Shown here piece after piece: positions 9,218 through 17,857 of a DNA stretch of 49,200 bases. The stretch is from the NCBI GenBank assembly GCA_025061805.1, contig JANWZV010000003.1, positions 1-49,200 on the forward strand, given 5' to 3'. How positions within the stretch are numbered: position 1 is the first letter of the stretch; each line of letters starts with the position of its first letter. Position numbers and translations under genes: made by a program. Below the pieces are notes generated by a model that made no database searches, had not been told where the DNA came from, and was given only the letters and a program-made list of their open reading frames with translations. This stretch comes from Candidatus Dojkabacteria bacterium. Its GTDB lineage: Bacteria > Patescibacteriota > Dojkabacteria > J137.

Positions 9218-12200
9218 TTAAATTCTTCCTCTATGTGGATTTAAACTAGCAGCTAATAGTAACATATCAATATTATTATCTTTTGGTGCAGATTGCGCTG
9301 TATAATTATTTGAGTCAATTGATGATTCATTTAATTTTTCAAGAATTTGCTTTTGTGCTTGAGATATTAAATTTGAAAGCTTGTCAATTTCTTGTTTTAT
9401 CGATTTTTCTTGAGCTGTTAATAATGGTCTAGAAATTTCAGAGATAGTTTCATGTGATACATTAACTTTTGGTGTTAAAATTTCAACATTAATTTTTTGA
9501 GATTCTTGTGGTTTTACAATATTAGGTGGTGAAGTATTTATTGTTGAAACATTATTTTTTTCTTCTGTTATTGATTGTATATTTATTTCTGTAGATGTTT
9601 TTGTAATCTTAGTACTATCATAAATAGATAACATTGTTTTTAAATTTTCACTAACAACATTTACTTTTTCAAGAATAATATTTATTTTTTCTGTAATTTC
9701 ATTTTTAGAAGCTTCTTTACTTTCTTCTTCATCTGAAGAAAACCATGAAAATGGATTTAAAAATGATAAAGATTTAGAAACAAAAGAAAGTATTTTATCA
9801 AAAATAGATTTCATAAAATCAAAAACCTTAGAAATAGATGAAATAATTTTATCAACTACATTTTTTAATATACTAATTACAACAGATATTGATTCAATTA
9901 TTTTTTCACCAATAGAATAAATTGTATCAGAAATTGAATTAAATATTTTTTCAATAAATAAAATAACTTTGTTTATAACTAATGCAATATTTTCACCTAT
10001 CTTCTTTATAATATTTGTGATTGTTTCAAACATATTACTAAAGAAAACAGAAATTTTATCAATAATTGATTTTATATAATCAGAAATTGATGAAATAATG
10101 TTTTTAATAGTTTCATAAATTGAAGATATAATCCAAATAACAAAATTTACTATTCTTGATGCTATTTGATAAATTCCTAATAATGTTTGTCTAATGACAT
10201 CAAATATACCACCAAAGAAATCAATTATTTTATTAATAGCAAGTATGAAACTTTGACCAATATTATTAATAATATTTTTAATTGTATCAAATATACCACC
10301 AAAGAAATCAATTACTTTACTAATAATTGTTTTTATATAATTAATGATAGAAACAATTGTGTTTACAATAGTTTCATAAATTGTATTATATAACCAAACA
10401 ATAAAATCTATTATTTTTGTAGCTGTTTGTAAAATATTAGATAAAAATTGTTTAATTGTATCAAATATACCACTAAAAAATTTAATTATTTTATTAATAA
10501 CAGATATAATACTTTCACTAATATAGCTTATAACATTTTTAATTGTATTAAATATATCGCTGAAGAAAGAAACTACTTTATCAATAATAAATTTTATATA
10601 ATCAATAATAGAAAAAACAATATTTTTAATAAATTCATAAATTGAAGAAAAAATATTACTAAAAAATTCTATTATATTTTTTATGGCTTCTGATAATATG
10701 TTTTTTATTGATTCAAAAACACTTAAAATTGGTGTAAGTATTTTTTGAACTAAACTTCTTTGTTCTTCTTTTTTTTCTCCTTTATTTTCTATTGATTCTT
10801 CTTTCTCACCACCAAATATCCAAGAAAAAGGCCAAACAGAACCAATCTTATCAAATATATTACTTATAAAATCCCATATAGATGATATTGTATCTTTAAT
10901 AAATGAAATTACTGGTTCAATAGAAGATGTTATTGTATTCCAAATATTTTTTATTGAATTTCCAATAAAATTAATAAAAGATGCAACATAAGTTTCAATA
11001 TATTCCCAAACATTTTTTAGAGTTTCCCAAATGTTTTTTATAATATTTGAAATAAAATTAATAACAGCCATAACATAAACTTTAATATAATTCCAAACTT
11101 TTAAGAAAAATTCCTTAATTTGTTTCCAATATATAACAACTAAAGTTAAAATGGTACCAACTGCTATAATAATCCAACCAATTATAGGAATAGATGTTAT
11201 TAATCCTGCAACAAATTTAATAATAAAAGTAAAAATTAATTTTAAAAATGGCAATATATATGCAACAAATGCTTTAAATACAGAAACAATGAAAGGCCAT
11301 ATCATTTTTCCAATACTAATAAAGAATGATTTTAAAAATCCACCTTTTCCAAGAAAACTAAATAAAAATGATACAGAATCCCAAATTCCTTTTAACATTG
11401 CAAATGTTTTCTTCACTACAATATAAGTAAAAATACCAGTAATCATTAATAAAATAGTTCCAATAATTGGATGTTCAAAAATTAAAGTTACTAAATTTAC
11501 AAGAAACTTCCAAATATTAGTTAACAAATTTGAAAATAAGTTTTTAAAATGTTTCCAAGCATTTGGCCAATCAAAAGTAAAAATAGACATTATTAAACCA
11601 GCGGCATCTAATATAACATCAAAGAAAACTTTAAAAAATCTGTATATAACCGGAATTAAATCATATAAAGCACTAAATACATTTTTAATAATTTCCCATG
11701 ATAATTTTAACAAAGTTTTTCCAAACCATTTCCATAAAATATAAACTAATATAAAAACAATAACACCAATTACAAAAATCATCAAAAGAGTTGGAATAAT
11801 TGATGTAATTAACATCATAAACATTTTTCCAATTAATGGAATAATAGTTTTTATTCCATGAAAAATAAATTTCACAAAATTAAATAAACCTTTAAAAAAT
11901 GAAGAAAAAAAACCAAAAATTTTTTGAAAAAATGGAAAAATAGATTGTATATGTTCACCTAAACTCAAAAAACCACTTTTTATTTTACTTCCTAAACCAC
12001 TAAAATGTTTAGAAAAATTAGTTTGTAATTTTTGAAAGAAACCTTTTGATGTATCGACAATATTATTTTTTATATCAACCAAAAATTTTCCAAGCGGTGA
12101 TTGAGTGATTTTATTTTGTGGAGCTTCCAAAACTGATGTTGCTTGTGTCTTAATTATATTTTCTTGTATTTTATTTGTTTTACTAATAGTTAAACCACTT

Positions 12201-13081
12201 TTTGGAGTAAAAATATCAACAAATTTTTGTTTAACTACGGAAAACTTATCTTGTAAATACTTTAAAAATTCTGGTTGTTTATCTTGTTTCTTTTCTTTTT
12301 CTTTTGTATCAATAGTTCTAGTTAATAAGCTTGGTTTTTGTTTGCTTTCTTCTGTTGCCTTTTTTATAAATTCACTAATTTTTACATATAATTTATGAAA
12401 TAATGTAAGAAGTGTTGTAAATGTTTTTAAAAATACTAATTTAATAAAATCAAAACCAGATGCAGTAGATAAATTTTGTGATGTTTTTCCTTGTAATTGT
12501 TGAACATAAGATGGTATTTTTTCTATTTTTTCTTTTATGTAGTTAAAAATTTTAAAAGGATTAAATTTTTCTTCTACCTTTTTTTCTTTTTCAACTACTT
12601 TAAAAGCTGGTTGTAAATTTAAAAATTGTTGATTTGGAATATTTTTATTTGTTTCTATTTTTTGAGATTGTAAACTTATATTTTCTTCTAATGCAATAAA
12701 ATTATCTTTAATTTCTTTTTTGTTTTCTTTTATTTCTTGCAAATCTTCATGAAGAGTTTTTTGAGTTTCTATATTTTGTTTTAATAATTCTAAAGTTTGT
12801 TCTTTTTCTTTAGTTATTTGTACTTCTTTCTTATTTTCTGTTGTACCTGATTCAATTTTTGTTTCTTTATTTATTTCTTTACTCTTTAAATCACTACTTG
12901 TTTTTTCAAAAACCTGTTGAGATCTTTCTTCTTTTTTAGAAAAGTATTCTTCTAATGATTCTTTTATAATTTTCTTTAATTGATTAAAATTAAATTCTTT
13001 TGAATCTTCAGTTTTTTCTGGTGGTGAAGCTGGAGGTGGTGGTGATTGTAAAAGCTTATTTGCTATTTCTGGATTTATCAT
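9218..13081 (-). CDS. Tape measure protein (1287 aa)
   Basis: Long amphipathic helical protein with periodic W/F, hydrophobic segments and internal 29-aa repeats. It lies directly downstream of the tube and chaperone-like genes. Confidence 0.85.
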   Translation of the reverse strand: MINPEIANKLLQSPPPPASPPEKTEDSKEFNFNQLKKIIKESLEEYFSKKEERSQQVFEKTSSDLKSKEINKETKIESGTTENKKEVQITKEKEQTLELLKQNIETQKTLHEDLQEIKENKKEIKDNFIALEENISLQSQKIETNKNIPNQQFLNLQPAFKVVEKEKKVEEKFNPFKIFNYIKEKIEKIPSYVQQLQGKTSQNLSTASGFDFIKLVFLKTFTTLLTLFHKLYVKISEFIKKATEESKQKPSLLTRTIDTKEKEKKQDKQPEFLKYLQDKFSVVKQKFVDIFTPKSGLTISKTNKIQENIIKTQATSVLEAPQNKITQSPLGKFLVDIKNNIVDTSKGFFQKLQTNFSKHFSGLGSKIKSGFLSLGEHIQSIFPFFQKIFGFFSSFFKGLFNFVKFIFHGIKTIIPLIGKMFMMLITSIIPTLLMIFVIGVIVFILVYILWKWFGKTLLKLSWEIIKNVFSALYDLIPVIYRFFKVFFDVILDAAGLIMSIFTFDWPNAWKHFKNLFSNLLTNIWKFLVNLVTLIFEHPIIGTILLMITGIFTYIVVKKTFAMLKGIWDSVSFLFSFLGKGGFLKSFFISIGKMIWPFIVSVFKAFVAYILPFLKLIFTFIIKFVAGLITSIPIIGWIIIAVGTILTLVVIYWKQIKEFFLKVWNYIKVYVMAVINFISNIIKNIWETLKNVWEYIETYVASFINFIGNSIKNIWNTITSSIEPVISFIKDTISSIWDFISNIFDKIGSVWPFSWIFGGEKEESIENKGEKKEEQRSLVQKILTPILSVFESIKNILSEAIKNIIEFFSNIFSSIYEFIKNIVFSIIDYIKFIIDKVVSFFSDIFNTIKNVISYISESIISVINKIIKFFSGIFDTIKQFLSNILQTATKIIDFIVWLYNTIYETIVNTIVSIINYIKTIISKVIDFFGGIFDTIKNIINNIGQSFILAINKIIDFFGGIFDVIRQTLLGIYQIASRIVNFVIWIISSIYETIKNIISSISDYIKSIIDKISVFFSNMFETITNIIKKIGENIALVINKVILFIEKIFNSISDTIYSIGEKIIESISVVISILKNVVDKIISSISKVFDFMKSIFDKILSFVSKSLSFLNPFSWFSSDEEESKEASKNEITEKINIILEKVNVVSENLKTMLSIYDSTKITKTSTEINIQSITEEKNNVSTINTSPPNIVKPQESQKINVEILTPKVNVSHETISEISRPLLTAQEKSIKQEIDKLSNLISQAQKQILEKLNESSIDSNNYTAQSAPKDNNIDMLLLAASLNPHRGRI
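9939..10720 (-). repeat. Degenerate 87-nt (29-aa) tandem repeats with 261-nt higher-order period in the tape measure gene
   Basis: Aligned unit positions on the + strand at 9939, 10026, 10113, 10200, 10287, 10374, 10461, 10548 and 10635. For example tcaaatataccaccaaagaaatcaatta occurs at 10200 and 10287, and tcataaattg at 10113, 10374 and 10635. Confidence 0.85.
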
Positions 13082-13103
13082 AACAATTTATAGCCTTTTA
13101 ATT

Positions 13104-13111
13104 TATTTATA
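13104..13111 (-). promoter_or_regulatory. T4-type late promoter TATAAATA
   Basis: Exact consensus in the gap upstream of the tape measure ATG. Confidence 0.65.
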
Positions 13112-13117
13112 AATTAT

Positions 13118-13414
13118 TCACTTTTTGTATTTAAAATCATGTAAACTATTTCTTGACGCATCATCTCCACCCCAAACAGATGCGATGGTCTTGCAGATAA
13201 CTTCTACACATCTCCTGGCGAATTCAAATGTATTTTGAATAAACTCATTTTTATTTTCATTTTCTTTTTCAAATTTTTCTTTAAAAATTTTATAATAATA
13301 TTCAAATTCAACACATGTTAAATTTTCTATATCAGAAATTGTTAAACTAGAACCAGAAAACACAAACAATTCAATAATTTCATTTAATATTTGTTGGTAT
13401 GAACCACTATACAT
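13118..13414 (-). CDS. gp51: Baseplate hub assembly catalyst gp51-like (candidate 'T' part of a tail assembly chaperone)
   Basis: SLTISDIENLTCVEFEYYYKIFKEKFEKENE resembles the gp51-family motif. It overlaps the gp26-like stop as TAATG. Confidence 0.6.
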   Translation of the reverse strand: MYSGSYQQILNEIIELFVFSGSSLTISDIENLTCVEFEYYYKIFKEKFEKENENKNEFIQNTFEFARRCVEVICKTIASVWGGDDASRNSLHDFKYKK

Positions 13415-14196
13415 TAACTGATAAAAAAAACTGCAACATTCGCTTCTTCTTGTGTGTTTTCATAACTACACTTTTCACACTTAAAATGAAATGGAAGTTT
13501 TACACCATAATCCGATTTCTTAATATAATCAATAATTTTATCAAGTTCAGATGATGACAAGTTTTCAAAAAATTCAATTTTTTCTTCTGTTTTTAATTTA
13601 ACTTCACCATAAATATCATCTTTTTTAATAAAAACATTTTGAATAAATCCAGCCATAAGTAAAAATTGGCGTTCAGATGTTGATTGAATCTTTTTATCAA
13701 AAATAATTTTTTCAATTTTCTTTTCTTCTTCTCTTCTCAAAGGACCTAATACAATTTCAACATTTCCATTGAATAAAGAAATTTTATTTTCTATATTAAA
13801 ATCATATGGTTTAATTATTATATTCTTTAAATCAAATATCAAGTCTTTATTTAAATGTTCACAGTTTGGACATTGGTGTACAATTTTTATAGTGTCTCCA
13901 GATGCAGCTCTTCTAATTTCTGCAAGAATTTGGTACCTTTCTTGAACTGTAAGATCGTCTAAAGGTCTATTATCTTCCAATTCTACATATTTTAAGATAA
14001 TTTCATCTAAAACTTTTTGAACCAATTTTTCATCTTTTGATTCAATTGCTTTTAAAAGCTCTTTTTTATCTTTAATTTTTAGTGGTCTTACAAAAGCTTT
14101 TCTCCCAGAATAACACAAATCAACAGAAAATTCAAAATGATGATCACTTTGAACTTTTTTAAGATCTTTAATATCAAAAAATGGTTTGTCGTTCAT
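13414..14196 (-). CDS. gp26: Baseplate hub assembly chaperone gp26-like, with two CxxC motifs
   Basis: FVRPLKIKDKKELL...LTVQERYQILAEIRRAASGDTIKIVHQCPNC...FKCEKC...VFF is the pattern of the gp26 family. Confidence 0.8.
   Translation of the reverse strand: MNDKPFFDIKDLKKVQSDHHFEFSVDLCYSGRKAFVRPLKIKDKKELLKAIESKDEKLVQKVLDEIILKYVELEDNRPLDDLTVQERYQILAEIRRAASGDTIKIVHQCPNCEHLNKDLIFDLKNIIIKPYDFNIENKISLFNGNVEIVLGPLRREEEKKIEKIIFDKKIQSTSERQFLLMAGFIQNVFIKKDDIYGEVKLKTEEKIEFFENLSSSELDKIIDYIKKSDYGVKLPFHFKCEKCSYENTQEEANVAVFFIS
13423..13430 (-). other. Candidate -1 frameshift slippery site (GTT TTT TTT ATC)
   Basis: A run of eight T on the coding strand, phased as T TTT TTT, two codons before the gp26-like stop. 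The -1 frame is open into the gp51-like ORF. Confidence 0.5.
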
Positions 14197-14253
14197 ATCA
14201 TATTCTCCATTTAATGTATTATAATAAAAATAAATATTTATTTTTATTTTTAA

Positions 14254-14898
14254 TTATACAACAGTGGTATTATTAATTGGAACATAAGAATATTTATCAT
14301 TTGATATATTAGACAATGCTTCAAACACTTTCTTATCAACATATAAATTCTTTGTATCAAATGTTGAATTAATAATATAATAATCATAATCAAATGTTAC
14401 TGAAAATTCATTAATATTTTTTTGGTGGTTTAATTGAATTTCTCCAACTTTTTTAGGAAACATTCCGAAAAATTCATATCCAGTTACTGGTTCACCATTT
14501 TTAGACAATAAAGTGACTTTTACACCATTTTTCTTATAAGAATGTGGAGAGTAAAGAACATCTCTACGAGGATCATAAATTAGTGATTGCCAAGTCAAAA
14601 ATTTATGTCTTAATTTATGATATTCATCACACAAAAAACTTACAGTCCACTCATCAAATGATGCATTATCAGCAAATTTTATTTTTCTTCCATGAAAATC
14701 TATACTAGCATCACCTATATTATAAGAAGGTAAAGATGTTGTTTTAGCCAAAGCAGAAATAGTTAAACTTTCATTTACAGATGTTTCAATAAATGGTATT
14801 GAAATTTGAAATAAACATGAAAAAGAAAGATCTCCAATTAAGTATCTTAAGGTGTGTAAATTAACATTAACAATTTGATTATTTTTTATGTATGGCAC
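14254..14898 (-). CDS. Second tail tube-like protein (gp19/gp54 paralogue)
   Basis: AKTTSLPSY...FHGRKIKFADNASFDEWTVSFLCDEYHKLRHKFLTW...FFGMFPKKVGEIQL...FSVTFDYDYY. Clearly paralogous to the upstream tube gene. Confidence 0.8.
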   Translation of the reverse strand: MPYIKNNQIVNVNLHTLRYLIGDLSFSCLFQISIPFIETSVNESLTISALAKTTSLPSYNIGDASIDFHGRKIKFADNASFDEWTVSFLCDEYHKLRHKFLTWQSLIYDPRRDVLYSPHSYKKNGVKVTLLSKNGEPVTGYEFFGMFPKKVGEIQLNHQKNINEFSVTFDYDYYIINSTFDTKNLYVDKKVFEALSNISNDKYSYVPINNTTVV

Positions 14899-14916
14899 TT
14901 ATCACCCTTTTATTAC

Positions 14917-15567
14917 TTAGGGTTTAGTATAGCTCCCGCTATTAATAGGATTATTTTTGCCAAAGTAAGTTTCAGTTGGTGGTGGTGTTGCACTATCAAT
15001 AAATGACTTAGAAACACCAGTAGCATCATCAACTTTATCAACTCCTACTGAGAAGTAATCATATTGAAAATCAACTGTCATTTTAGCTGGAGAAGCATCT
15101 CCATGACTTAAAGAAACTTCACCACAACCAGTTGGAAAAACACCAACAAACTTATAAGTAACAACTGGTTTTCCAACTCTACTTAATTGTTGAATAGTCA
15201 TATCATCAACTTTATATCTTAACAATGAACCAAAAGTATTTTTTTGAACATCATAGATATCTGATAACCAATTCAATATTCTTCTTCTTAAAACATGTCC
15301 CTCATCAAGAAGAAATTCCAATGAAATTGATCCACCCATTTCCGCCACTGTTCCAACCTTCATTTTCACACCCTGAAATTCTATATCTGCAGTTGAAATT
15401 TTATAATCAGGTAATTTGGCAGTTCTAGCAAAACATGATAAATCTCTTGCACCTTCACTTCCGCTAGCTATAGCTGGAATATTGACAAAGAACAAACATG
15501 GGCGAGAAAAATCACCCAAAATTTTTCTAAACCCATAAAGATTTACATTATTAGTTGGGAATGGCAT
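14917..15567 (-). CDS. gp19: Tail tube protein gp19
   Basis: FSRPCLFFV, RTAKLPDY, FQGVKMKV, QQLSRVGKPVVTYKFVGVFPT, TVDFQYDYF. Immediately downstream of the sheath gene. Confidence 0.88.
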   Translation of the reverse strand: MPFPTNNVNLYGFRKILGDFSRPCLFFVNIPAIASGSEGARDLSCFARTAKLPDYKISTADIEFQGVKMKVGTVAEMGGSISLEFLLDEGHVLRRRILNWLSDIYDVQKNTFGSLLRYKVDDMTIQQLSRVGKPVVTYKFVGVFPTGCGEVSLSHGDASPAKMTVDFQYDYFSVGVDKVDDATGVSKSFIDSATPPPTETYFGKNNPINSGSYTKP

Positions 15568-15598
15568 ATATGTTCTCCCTTCTTCTTATTTATTTATT

Positions 15599-17785
15599 TT
15601 ATACACTAGCATTCTTGCCAACAACTTCAGAGAAGTCCACACCAGTACCTACAGCTGTAAATATAAGTTTAATAAATTCTATGACTCTATTTGGCTTAAC
15701 CAAAATTTCTGCAATAAATTCATTTCTGTCAATAACATCTGGTGTGTTATTTGATTCATCAGCAACAACAAGATAATCTGTCACTCCTCTTCTAGTCTTT
15801 ATACCCTCAAGGAAATTATTAACTAATCCAGCAAAACGAGATCTTGTAATTTCATCATTAAATTCAAAGAGGAAATATCTAGCCATCTTTTCAATGCTTC
15901 TTTCCATATGTAAGAACAATCTACGAACATTAATTCTATCAAATGCTGATGGTTTGGCTTGTAATGTCTTTTGACCCCAAATAACAGTTCCTTGTCCAAC
16001 AAAATTGGGAATTGGATTAATTCTATTATAATAAAGTATATCTCTTTGAGCTTTATTTGGATTTATTGCTACTCTATTTATTCCTGAAATAATACCCCTA
16101 TTCAAACCAGCAGCTGCAAACCAAGGATCATAGTTAAAATCAACTCTGGCAAAAACCGCACCAACATAGCCAGTTACTGGAACCCAACGGAATTTTTCAT
16201 TATAGAAATCAAAAATTTCAAAATATTGTCCGTAAATTGCAGAATAAGAAGAATTAATATTCAATTCTGTATTAACATAATCTGCCATTTTTGTATAAAC
16301 CATTGGTATTGGTTTCGCAGTAGAAACATTCATTATTTTGTTAACTGGAATATTTAATATAGCCATGCAATCTTTTCTAACATTTTTGCAAATATCATCA
16401 AGTGATCTCTTCAAAATTGTTGGATAATCTGGGTCAAGTAAAATATCTATTTCTAATTCTTCTTTATTTACAAAGAATGTTCTCCAACCAAACTCAATTT
16501 CTCCAACTAAATCAAATAGATTTTCTGTCAATGAATCTGCTCCACCCAATTTAACAAATGATGTAGTATAAATGGGTATTCCAGCTGCAGCAATTTCGCT
16601 TTTACCAATTAGGAAGTAAATATAATTACTATTTCCATTTACTAATTCAGGACCAAACATTTTATTACCCATTGTGTCTCTTTTATCTTTTAATTTAGAG
16701 CAAAGATACTTTTCTTGCAACTTACCTTTATAATAAACAAATAAGCAAAATTCATCATCACTTTCTGGTCCATATTCAAATGATGTTAATTCTTCTAAAA
16801 GACCAGAATTAAAATAAAATTCAGTAGCAGAAAGTGAATCTGTTGAAGTATTGAAATAAGCAATTGGCTCAATAAGATCATTTCTTAATGGACATCCCTT
16901 TAAATTATTATTATTTGGATCTTCATAAATAAAATGGGTGCTTGGTGGCGGTGTAAAATTTCCCCAAAAAGCATTATTAAATCCAGAAGTAGCATTAGAT
17001 GGTGCTGCATGAGCATTATAAAATTTATATAATACTGCTTGTTTTTCTCTTTCATTAACAACTTGTGCTACTTCTTGTTTTAGTCTTAATAGTTTTTTAT
17101 AATCTGTTGAACTTACAATACACACACTAACATCTTCATAATATTTTCCAGCGCCAATAGCAGTAAATGAATAATATTCATCAAACTGTTTATATGCATT
17201 CATTGTATCATATGAATAAGGTAAATCTATAGTTTTTACTCCTGGTGTATAATAACCAATTTTGCCTGATCCGCCTGATCCACCTGAACCACCAGATCCG
17301 CCTGAACCACCGGATCCGCCTGAACCACCAGATCCACCAGATCCACCTGAACCACCTGATCCGCCTGATCCGCCTGATCCACCTGAACCACCAGATCCGC
17401 CAGATCCTCCTGATGTATCTTCATAATCTACTACCATTGATAAACCATTTAAATTTAATGAATCATTGGAATCATTAATACCACTTAATCCATAAACAGC
17501 ACTTGCAACCTTTTTTTCTTCATCTTCAACACGTACAACATATAATTGATTAGATCCTTCCAAAAATGCTTTTGCTGTGAAAAAGTGTCTATAATTAACT
17601 TCATCTGGTGGTCCAAAAATATCAACATAATCTTTTTCAGAATTAACAAGAACTCGAACATTAACTGGACCCTTTGTAGCAGCTACAACTATTGCTCCTA
17701 CTGAAGATGTAACTGATGGAATTCTTAAAGATGCATCTCTCTCAATAATATCAACTGTTGGAGAAAGATTTGCTGAACCTGGCAT
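15599..17785 (-). CDS. gp18: Tail sheath protein gp18 with (GGS)16 insertion
   Basis: LSPTVDIIERD, KGPVN, PWFAAAGLNRG, WGQKTLQAKPSAFDRINVRRLF, FEFNDEITR, DESNNTPDVIDRNEF. Confidence 0.97.
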   Translation of the reverse strand: MPGSANLSPTVDIIERDASLRIPSVTSSVGAIVVAATKGPVNVRVLVNSEKDYVDIFGPPDEVNYRHFFTAKAFLEGSNQLYVVRVEDEEKKVASAVYGLSGINDSNDSLNLNGLSMVVDYEDTSGGSGGSGGSGGSGGSGGSGGSGGSGGSGGSGGSGGSGGSGGSGGSGGSGKIGYYTPGVKTIDLPYSYDTMNAYKQFDEYYSFTAIGAGKYYEDVSVCIVSSTDYKKLLRLKQEVAQVVNEREKQAVLYKFYNAHAAPSNATSGFNNAFWGNFTPPPSTHFIYEDPNNNNLKGCPLRNDLIEPIAYFNTSTDSLSATEFYFNSGLLEELTSFEYGPESDDEFCLFVYYKGKLQEKYLCSKLKDKRDTMGNKMFGPELVNGNSNYIYFLIGKSEIAAAGIPIYTTSFVKLGGADSLTENLFDLVGEIEFGWRTFFVNKEELEIDILLDPDYPTILKRSLDDICKNVRKDCMAILNIPVNKIMNVSTAKPIPMVYTKMADYVNTELNINSSYSAIYGQYFEIFDFYNEKFRWVPVTGYVGAVFARVDFNYDPWFAAAGLNRGIISGINRVAINPNKAQRDILYYNRINPIPNFVGQGTVIWGQKTLQAKPSAFDRINVRRLFLHMERSIEKMARYFLFEFNDEITRSRFAGLVNNFLEGIKTRRGVTDYLVVADESNNTPDVIDRNEFIAEILVKPNRVIEFIKLIFTAVGTGVDFSEVVGKNASV
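17264..17413 (-). repeat. Coding repeat S-(GGS)16-G within the sheath gene
   Basis: 144 nt (17267-17410) of 9-nt units GGN GGN TCN with mixed synonymous codons. Confidence 0.97.
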
Positions 17786-17806
17786 ATGAATCTCCTTTAT
17801 ATAATA

Positions 17807-17814
17807 TATTTATA
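17807..17814 (-). promoter_or_regulatory. T4-type late promoter TATAAATA (second copy at 17850-17857)
   Basis: Two exact consensus copies in the gap upstream of the sheath gene, with an AAGGAG SD. Confidence 0.7.
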
Positions 17815-17857
17815 ATACTATTTTAGTATAATATATTTTTCACATATAATATTTATA

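Noticed and set aside
14223-14248. Perfect 26-bp palindrome aataaaaataaatatttatttttatt upstream of gp26
   Set aside because: It consists only of A/T in low-complexity intergenic DNA. No function can be supported beyond containing a near-consensus late box.
17264-17413. (GGS)n as a synthetic linker or vector contamination
   Set aside because: No tags, markers or vector sequence nearby, and other natural Gly/Ser/Thr tracts occur in the window. It cannot be formally excluded without reads.
16830-17480. Cluster of N-x-S/T sequons in the sheath insertion (NDS, NAT, NFT, NTS)
   Set aside because: Asn and Ser are abundant in this AT-rich proteome, so sequons are expected by chance. No oligosaccharyltransferase or NGT-like gene was seen.
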